The position numbers and the translations under genes are program-made. The notes under the pieces were generated by a model. That model saw nothing but the letters and a program-made list of their open reading frames with translations, was not told the origin of the DNA and ran no database searches. This document shows, one piece after another, positions 1 through 4,342 of a stretch of 4,342 nt of DNA. The DNA is from a virus. Lineage: Duplodnaviria > Heunggongvirae > Uroviricota > Caudoviricetes. The first letter of the stretch is position 1. The number at the start of each line of letters is the position of its first letter. The DNA lies in the IMG/VR virus record IMGVR_UViG_2609460218_000006; one strand, 5' to 3'.

Positions 1-124
1 GCAGTTGCCATGTTTTACGGCAGTGAGAGCAGAGATAGCGCTGATGTCCGGCAGTGCTTTTGCCGTTACGCACCACCCCGTCAGTAGCTGAACAGGAGGG
101 ACAGCTGATAGAAACAGAAGCCAC
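1..124 (-). CDS. insA: IS1 InsA (transposition regulator), N-terminal 41 codons; 3' part outside window
   Basis: Minus-strand translation from the GTG at 124..122 gives [41 protein letters not shown], matching IS1 InsA as I recall it. The frame runs off the left edge, so it is absent from the ORF track. Confidence 0.85.
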   Translation of the reverse strand, partial: MASVSISCPSCSATDGVVRNGKSTAGHQRYLCSHCRKTWQL

Positions 125-156
125 TGGAGCACCTCAAAAACACCATCATACACTAA

Positions 157-179
157 ATCAGTAAGTTGGCAGCATCACC
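157..179 (-). repeat. IS1 left terminal inverted repeat (IRL, about 23 bp)
   Basis: nt 157-179 (atcagtaagttggcagcatcacc) is the reverse complement of GGTGATGCTGCCAACTTACTGAT, the IS1 terminus as I recall it. Lambda-H-like coding sequence begins immediately after, at nt 180. Confidence 0.85.
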
Positions 180-1455
180 GAAAATCCTGCAGGCAGATTA
201 CAACACGCTGATGGCGGCGGCGAAAAAGGATTATGAAGCGATGCTGAAAAAGCCGAAACAGTCCGGCGTGAAAGTGTCTGCGGGCGATCGTCAGGAAGAC
301 AGTGCTCATGCTGCCCTGCTGACGCTTCAGGCTGAACTCCGGACGCTGGAGAAGCATGCCGGAGCAAATGAGAAAATCAGCCAGCAGCGCCGGGATTTGT
401 GGAAGGCGGAGAGTCAGTTCGCGGTACTGGAGGAGGCGGCGCAACGTCGCCAGCTGTCCGCACAGGAGAAATCCCTGCTGGCGCATAAAGATGAGACGCT
501 GGAGTACAAACGCCAGCTGGCTGCACTTGGCGACAAGGTTACGTATCAGGAGCGCCTGAACGCGCTGGCGCAGCAGGCGGATAAGTTCGCACAGCAACAA
601 CGGGCAAAACGGGCAGCCATTGAGGCGAAAAACCGGGGGCTTACTGACCGGCAGGCAGCGCGGGAAGCCACAGAACAGCGCCTGAAGGAACAGTATGGCG
701 ATAATTCGCTGGCGCTGAATAACGTCATGTCAGAGCAGAAAAAGACCTGGGCGGCTGAAGACCAGCTTCGCGGGAGCTGGATGGCAGGCCTCAGGTCCGG
801 CTGGAGTGAGTGGGAAGAGAGCGCCACGGACAGTATGTCGCAGGTTAAAAGTGCAGCCACGCAGACCTTTGATGGTATTGCGCAGAATATGGCGGCGATG
901 CTGACCGGCAGTGAGCAGAACTGGCGCAGCTTCACCCGTTCCGTGCTGTCCATGATGACAGAAATTCTGCTTAAGCAGGCAATGGTGGGGATTGTCGGGA
1001 GTATCGGTAGCGCCATTGGCGGGGCTGTTGGTGGCGGCGCATCCGCATCAGGCGGTACAGCCATTCAGGCCGCTGCGGCGAAATTCCATTTTGCAACCGG
1101 AGGATTTACGGGAACCGGCGGCAAATATGAGCCAGCGGGGATTGTTCACCGTGGTGAATTTGTCTTCACGAAGGAGGCAACCAGCCGAATTGGTGTCGGC
1201 AACCTGTACCGCCTGATGCGGGGCTATGCGGAAGGTGGTTATGTGGGCGGTGCCGGAAGTCCGGCGCAGATGCGGCGGGCTGAAGGCATTAATTTTAATC
1301 AGAACAATCACGTGGTGATTCAGAACGACGGTACGAATGGTCTGCCAGGTCCACAGATGATGAAGGCAGTGTATGACATGGCCCGCAAAGGTGCCCGTGA
1401 TGAAATTCAGGCACAGATGCGCGATGGTGGTCTGTTCTCCGGAGGTGGACGATGA
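180..1455 (+). pseudogene. H: Tail tape-measure protein gpH, 3' fragment (about 424 C-terminal codons) truncated at its 5' side by IS1
   Basis: Translation from nt 181 (KILQADYNTLMAAAKKDYEA ... KAVYDMARKGARDEIQAQMRDGGLFSGGGR, stop TGA 1453-1455) matches the C-terminal half of lambda gpH (853 aa) as I recall it. In-frame stops lie upstream at 85-87, 103-105 and 154-156 inside IS1. The track's TTG start at 166 is inside the IS1 inverted repeat and is not a genuine start. Confidence 0.9.
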
Positions 1456-1781
1456 AGACCTTCCGCTGGAAAGTGAAACCCGGTATGGATGTGGCTTCGG
1501 CCCCTTCCGTCAGGAAAGTGCGCTTTGGTGATGGCTATTCCCAGCGAGCGCCTGCCGGGCTGAATGCCGACCTGAAAACGTACAGCGTGACGCTTTCTGT
1601 TCCCCGTTGGGAGGCCACGGCGCTGGAGTCGTTTCTGGCTGAGCACGGGGGCTGGAAAGCCTTTCTGTGGACGCCGCCTTATGAGTGGCGGCAGATAAAG
1701 GTGACCTGCGCAAAATGGTCGTCGCGGGTCAGTATGCTGCGTGTTGAGTTCAGCGCAGAGTTTGAACAGGTGGTGAACTGA
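1452..1781 (+). CDS. M: Minor tail protein gpM (tail-tip assembly), 109 aa
   Basis: Translation MKTFRWKVKPGMDVAS...RVEFSAEFEQVVN is near-identical to lambda gpM as recalled. GGAGG at 1441-1445 sits 6 nt before the ATG, and the ATG overlaps the H stop (ATGA, 1452-1455). Confidence 0.95.
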   Translation: MKTFRWKVKPGMDVASAPSVRKVRFGDGYSQRAPAGLNADLKTYSVTLSVPRWEATALESFLAEHGGWKAFLWTPPYEWRQIKVTCAKWSSRVSMLRVEFSAEFEQVVN

Positions 1782-2479
1782 TGCAGGATATCCGGCAGGA
1801 AACACTGAATGAATGCACCCGTGCGGAGCAGTCGGCCAGCGTGGTGCTCTGGGAAATCGACCTGACAGAGGTCGGTGGAGAACGTTATTTTTTCTGTAAT
1901 GAGCAGAACGAAAAAGGTGAGCCGGTCACCTGGCAGGGGCGACAGTATCAGCCGTATCCCATTCAGGGGAGTGGTTTTGAACTGAATGGCAAAGGCACCA
2001 GTACGCGCCCCACACTGACGGTTTCTAACCTGTACGGTATGGTCACCGGGATGGCGGAAGATCTGCAGAGTCTGGTCGGTGGAACGGTGGTCCGGCGTAA
2101 GGTTTACGCCCGTTTTCTGGATGCGGTGAACTTCGTCAACGGAAACAGTGGCGCCGATCCGGAGCAGGAGGTGATCAGCCGCTGGCGCATTGAGCAGTGC
2201 AGCGAACTGAGCGCGGTGAGTGCCTCTTTTGTACTGTCCACGCCGACGGAAACGGATGGCGCTGTTTTTCCGGGACGTATCATGCTGGCCAACACCTGCA
2301 TCTGGACCTATCGCGGTGACGAGTGCGGTTATAGCGGTCCGGCTGTCGCGGATGAATATGACCAGCCAACGTCCGATATCACGAAGGATAAATGCAGCAA
2401 ATGCCTGAGCGGTTGTAAGTTCCGCAATAACGTCGGCAACTTTGGCGGCTTCCTTTCCATTAACAAACTTTCGCAGTAA
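1781..2479 (+). CDS. L: Minor tail protein gpL (tail-tip protein with C-terminal cysteine cluster), 232 aa
   Basis: Translation MQDIRQETLNECTRAEQSASVVLWEIDLTEVGGERYFFCNEQ...FLSINKLSQ is near-identical to lambda gpL as recalled. Start overlaps the M stop (TGATG, 1779-1783). C-terminal cysteines lie in CIWTYRGDECGYSG and KCSKCLSGCKF. Confidence 0.95.
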   Translation: MQDIRQETLNECTRAEQSASVVLWEIDLTEVGGERYFFCNEQNEKGEPVTWQGRQYQPYPIQGSGFELNGKGTSTRPTLTVSNLYGMVTGMAEDLQSLVGGTVVRRKVYARFLDAVNFVNGNSGADPEQEVISRWRIEQCSELSAVSASFVLSTPTETDGAVFPGRIMLANTCIWTYRGDECGYSGPAVADEYDQPTSDITKDKCSKCLSGCKFRNNVGNFGGFLSINKLSQ

Positions 2480-2484
2480 ATCCC

Positions 2485-3228
2485 ATGACACAGACAGAAT
2501 CAGCGATTCTGGCGCACGCCCGGCGATGTGCGCCAGCGGAGTCGTGCGGCTTCGTGGTAAGCACGCCGGAGGGGGAAAGATATTTCCCCTGCGTGAATAT
2601 CTCCGGTGAGCCGGAGGCGTATTTCCGTATGTCGCCGGAAGACTGGCTGCAGGCAGAAATGCAGGGTGAGATTGTGGCGCTGGTCCACAGCCACCCCGGT
2701 GGTCTGCCCTGGCTGAGTGAGGCCGACCGGCGGCTGCAGGTGCAGAGTGATTTGCCGTGGTGGCTGGTCTGCCGGGGGACGATTCATAAGTTACGCTGTG
2801 TGCCGCATCTCACCGGGCGGCGCTTTGAGCACGGTGTGACGGACTGTTACACACTGTTCCGGGATGCTTATCATCTGGCGGGGATTGAGATGCCGGACTT
2901 TCATCGTGAGGATGACTGGTGGCGTAACGGCCAGAATCTCTATCTGGATAATCTGGAGGCGACGGGGCTGTATCAGGTGCCGTTGTCAGCGGCACAGCCG
3001 GGCGATGTGCTGCTGTGCTGTTTTGGTTCATCGGTGCCGAACCACGCCGCAATTTACTGCGGCGACGGCGAGCTGCTGCACCATATTCCTGAACAACTGA
3101 GCAAACGAGAGAGGTACACCGACAAATGGCAGCGACGCACACACTCCCTCTGGCGTCACCGGGCATGGCGCGCATCTGCCTTTACGGGGATTTACAACGA
3201 TTTGGTCGCCGCATCGACCTTCGTGTGA
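2485..3228 (+). CDS. K: Tail-tip assembly protein gpK with N-terminal JAB/MPN (JAMM) domain and C-terminal NlpC/P60-like domain; 247 aa as drawn
   Basis: Continuous ORF starting 5 nt after the L stop. HSH at nt 2686-2694 begins a complete JAMM metal-binding motif (HSHPGGLPWLSEAD = H-x-H-x7-S-x2-D), with an upstream E-x-CG element (APAESCGF). TDCYTLF and NHAAIY...HH in the C-terminal half fit an NlpC/P60-type Cys/His arrangement. The C-terminal 199 aa match lambda K as recalled. Start is uncertain: an internal ATG at 2629 with GGAGG at 2613-2617 corresponds to the classical 199-aa start. Confidence 0.85.
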   Translation: MTQTESAILAHARRCAPAESCGFVVSTPEGERYFPCVNISGEPEAYFRMSPEDWLQAEMQGEIVALVHSHPGGLPWLSEADRRLQVQSDLPWWLVCRGTIHKLRCVPHLTGRRFEHGVTDCYTLFRDAYHLAGIEMPDFHREDDWWRNGQNLYLDNLEATGLYQVPLSAAQPGDVLLCCFGSSVPNHAAIYCGDGELLHHIPEQLSKRERYTDKWQRRTHSLWRHRAWRASAFTGIYNDLVAASTFV

Positions 3229-3796
3229 AAACGGGGGCTGAAGCCATCCAGGCACTGGCCACACAGCTCCCGGCGTTTCGTCAGAAACTGAGCGACGGCT
3301 GGTATCAGGTACGGATTGCCGGGCGGGACGTCAGCACGTCCGGGTTAACGGCGCAGTTACATGAGACTCTGCCTGATGGCGCTGTGATTCATATTGTTCC
3401 CAGAGTCGCCGGGGCCAAGTCAGGTGGCGTATTCCAGATTGTCCTGGGGCTGCCGCCATTGCCGGATCATTCTTTACCGCCGGAGCCACCCTTGCAGCAT
3501 GGGGGGCAGCCATTGGGGCCGGTGGTATGACCGGCATCCTGTTTTCTCTCGGTGCCAGTATGGTGCTCGGTGGTGTGGCGCAGATGCTGGCACCGAAAGC
3601 CAGAACTCCCCGTACACAGACAACGGATAACGGCAAACAGAACACCTATTTCTCCTCACTGGATAACATGGTTGCCCAGGGCAATGTTCTGCCGGTTCTG
3701 TACGGTGAAATGCGCGTGGGGTCACGCGTGGTTTCTCAGGAGATCAGCACGGCAGACGAAGGGGACGGTGGTCAGGTTGTGGTGATTGGTCGCTGA
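3126..3796 (+). pseudogene. I: Tail assembly protein gpI, disrupted by a 1-nt deletion (-1 frameshift) in a G-run at about 3446-3449
   Basis: Frame 0 from ATG 3126 gives MAATHTLPLASPGMARICLYGDL...GGVFQIVLG, matching lambda gpI residues 1-108, then diverges (LPPLPDHS...) to a stop at 3528-3530. From nt 3449 the other frame reads AAAIAGSFFTAGATLAAWGAAIGAGGMTGILFSLGASMVLGG...QVVVIGR (stop 3794-3796), matching the rest of lambda gpI. One extra G at 3446-3449 would restore a 223-codon ORF. A sequencing error is an equally possible cause. Confidence 0.8.
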
Positions 3797-3814
3797 TGCA
3801 AAATGTTTTATGTG

Positions 3815-3842
3815 AAACCGCCTCCGGGCGGTTTTGTCGTTT
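3815..3842 (+). terminator. Terminator-like GC-rich hairpin plus T-tract in the I-J intergenic region (function unproven)
   Basis: aaaccgcc (3815-3822) pairs with ggcggttt (3827-3834) around a 4-nt loop tccg (3823-3826), followed by T-rich ttgtcgttt. Seen in sequence; no energy calculation was possible. Confidence 0.3.
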
Positions 3843-3844
3843 AT

Positions 3845-3848
3845 GGAG
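3845..3848 (+). promoter_or_regulatory. Shine-Dalgarno sequence for J
   Basis: GGAG at 3845-3848, 8 nt upstream of the J ATG at 3857. Confidence 0.6.
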
Positions 3849-3856
3849 CGTGAGGA

Positions 3857-4342
3857 ATGGGTAAAGGAAGCAGTAAGGGGCATACCCCGCGCGAAGCGAA
3901 GGACAACCTGAAGTCCACGCAGTTGCTGAGTGTGATTGATGCCATCAGTGAAGGGCCGATTGAAGGTCCGGTGGATGGATTAAAAAGCGTGCTGCTGAAC
4001 AGTACGCCGGTGCTGGACAGTGAGGGGAATACCAACATCGCCGGTGTCACGGTGGTGTTCCGGGCTGGTGAGCAGGAGCAGACTCCGCCGGAGGGATTTG
4101 AATCCTCCGGCTCCGAGACGGTGTTGGGTACGGAAGTGAAATACGACACGCCGATCACCCGCGCCATCACGTCGGCAAACATCGACCGACTGCGCTTTAC
4201 CTTTGGTGTGCAGGCACTGGTGGAAACCACCTCAAAGGGGGACCGGAATCCGTCGGAAGTTCGCCTGCTGGTTCAGATACAGCGTAATGGTGGCTGGGTG
4301 ACGGAAAAAGACATCACCATTAAGGGCAAAACCACCTCGCAG
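3857..4342 (+). CDS. J: Tail tip / host-specificity protein gpJ (central tail fibre), N-terminal 162 codons; continues beyond window
   Basis: Translation MGKGSSKGHTPREAKDNLKSTQLLSVIDAISEGPIEGPVDGLKSVLLNSTPVLDSEGNTN... matches the lambda gpJ N-terminus as recalled. The frame is open to the window end, so it is absent from the ORF track. Confidence 0.9.
   Translation, partial: MGKGSSKGHTPREAKDNLKSTQLLSVIDAISEGPIEGPVDGLKSVLLNSTPVLDSEGNTNIAGVTVVFRAGEQEQTPPEGFESSGSETVLGTEVKYDTPITRAITSANIDRLRFTFGVQALVETTSKGDRNPSEVRLLVQIQRNGGWVTEKDITIKGKTTSQ

Larger units (their letters stand above)
1..179 (-). mobile_element. IS1 insertion sequence, partial (left end; the rest lies beyond the window's left edge)
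   Basis: Reverse complement of nt 1-179 reads GGTGATGCTGCCAACTTACTGATTTAGTGTATGATGGTGTTTTTGAGGTGCTCCAGTGGCTTCTGTTTCTATCAGC..., which I recognise as the IS1 left end (terminal inverted repeat plus start of insA). Recognition is from memory, not a search. Confidence 0.9.

Noticed and set aside
166-180. TTG start at nt 166 given by the ORF track for the 429-aa ORF
   Set aside because: nt 166-179 are part of the IS1 terminal inverted repeat, so this start is an artefact of the insertion junction. The real H start is upstream of the IS1 element and outside this window. Fortuitous translation from this TTG cannot be excluded, but there is no Shine-Dalgarno sequence.
546-1064. 172-aa minus-strand ORF (and the 141-aa ORF at 175-600) antisense to H
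   Set aside because: Both are shadow ORFs inside the H coding region; the translations are Ala/Pro/Ser/Cys-rich with no recognisable domain. The 175-600 ORF would also have to start inside H and run toward the IS1 end, with no signals.
1679-2491. 270-aa minus-strand ORF antisense to M and L
   Set aside because: It lies entirely opposite two well-supported genes whose products match lambda gpM and gpL. The translation is Arg/Ala/Thr-rich and low-complexity, as expected of a shadow ORF, and it has no start context or homology I recognise.
2864-3100. Alternative-frame + strand ORFs inside K (78 aa) and inside I (3394-3630, 3552-3785)
   Set aside because: Cys/Arg/Trp-rich translations in off-frames of strongly supported genes, with no ribosome-binding sites; chance ORFs.
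3527-3796. 89-aa ORF starting at ATG 3527 as an independent small gene
   Set aside because: Its frame is open upstream to about nt 3377 and from nt 3449 encodes the continuation of gpI, so it is the C-terminal part of the frameshifted I gene rather than a separate gene.
3841-4230. 129-aa minus-strand ORF antisense to J
   Set aside because: It overlaps the conserved J N-terminal coding region; the Ser/Thr/Pro-rich translation is typical of an antisense frame of a GC-rich gene.
1-4342. A novel defence or accessory system, CRISPR array, tRNA or other RNA gene
   Set aside because: The window is fully accounted for by IS1 plus the contiguous H-M-L-K-I-J tail-tip block with almost no intergenic space. 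There are no direct-repeat arrays, no tRNA-like cloverleaf candidates, and no unexplained ORF with its own signals.

Overview
This window is the tail-tip assembly module of a lambda-like (lambdoid) prophage from an enterobacterial host, read on the + strand: the 3' half of tape-measure gene H, then M, L, K, I and the start of J. All identifications rest on my recollection of phage lambda protein sequences and the IS1 sequence; no database search was run. Two lesions suggest a decaying (cryptic) prophage: an IS1 element (left end and start of insA, minus strand, nt 1-179) abuts H and removes its 5' half from this locus, and gene I carries a 1-nt frameshift in a G-run near nt 3446-3449. I do not see a previously undescribed system here; the gene content is the classical lambda H-M-L-K-I-J block, and the antisense ORFs in the track look like shadow ORFs. 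The points worth a second look are the IS1/H junction, the I frameshift, the probable longer K start (completing a JAB/MPN domain), and a terminator-like hairpin before J.
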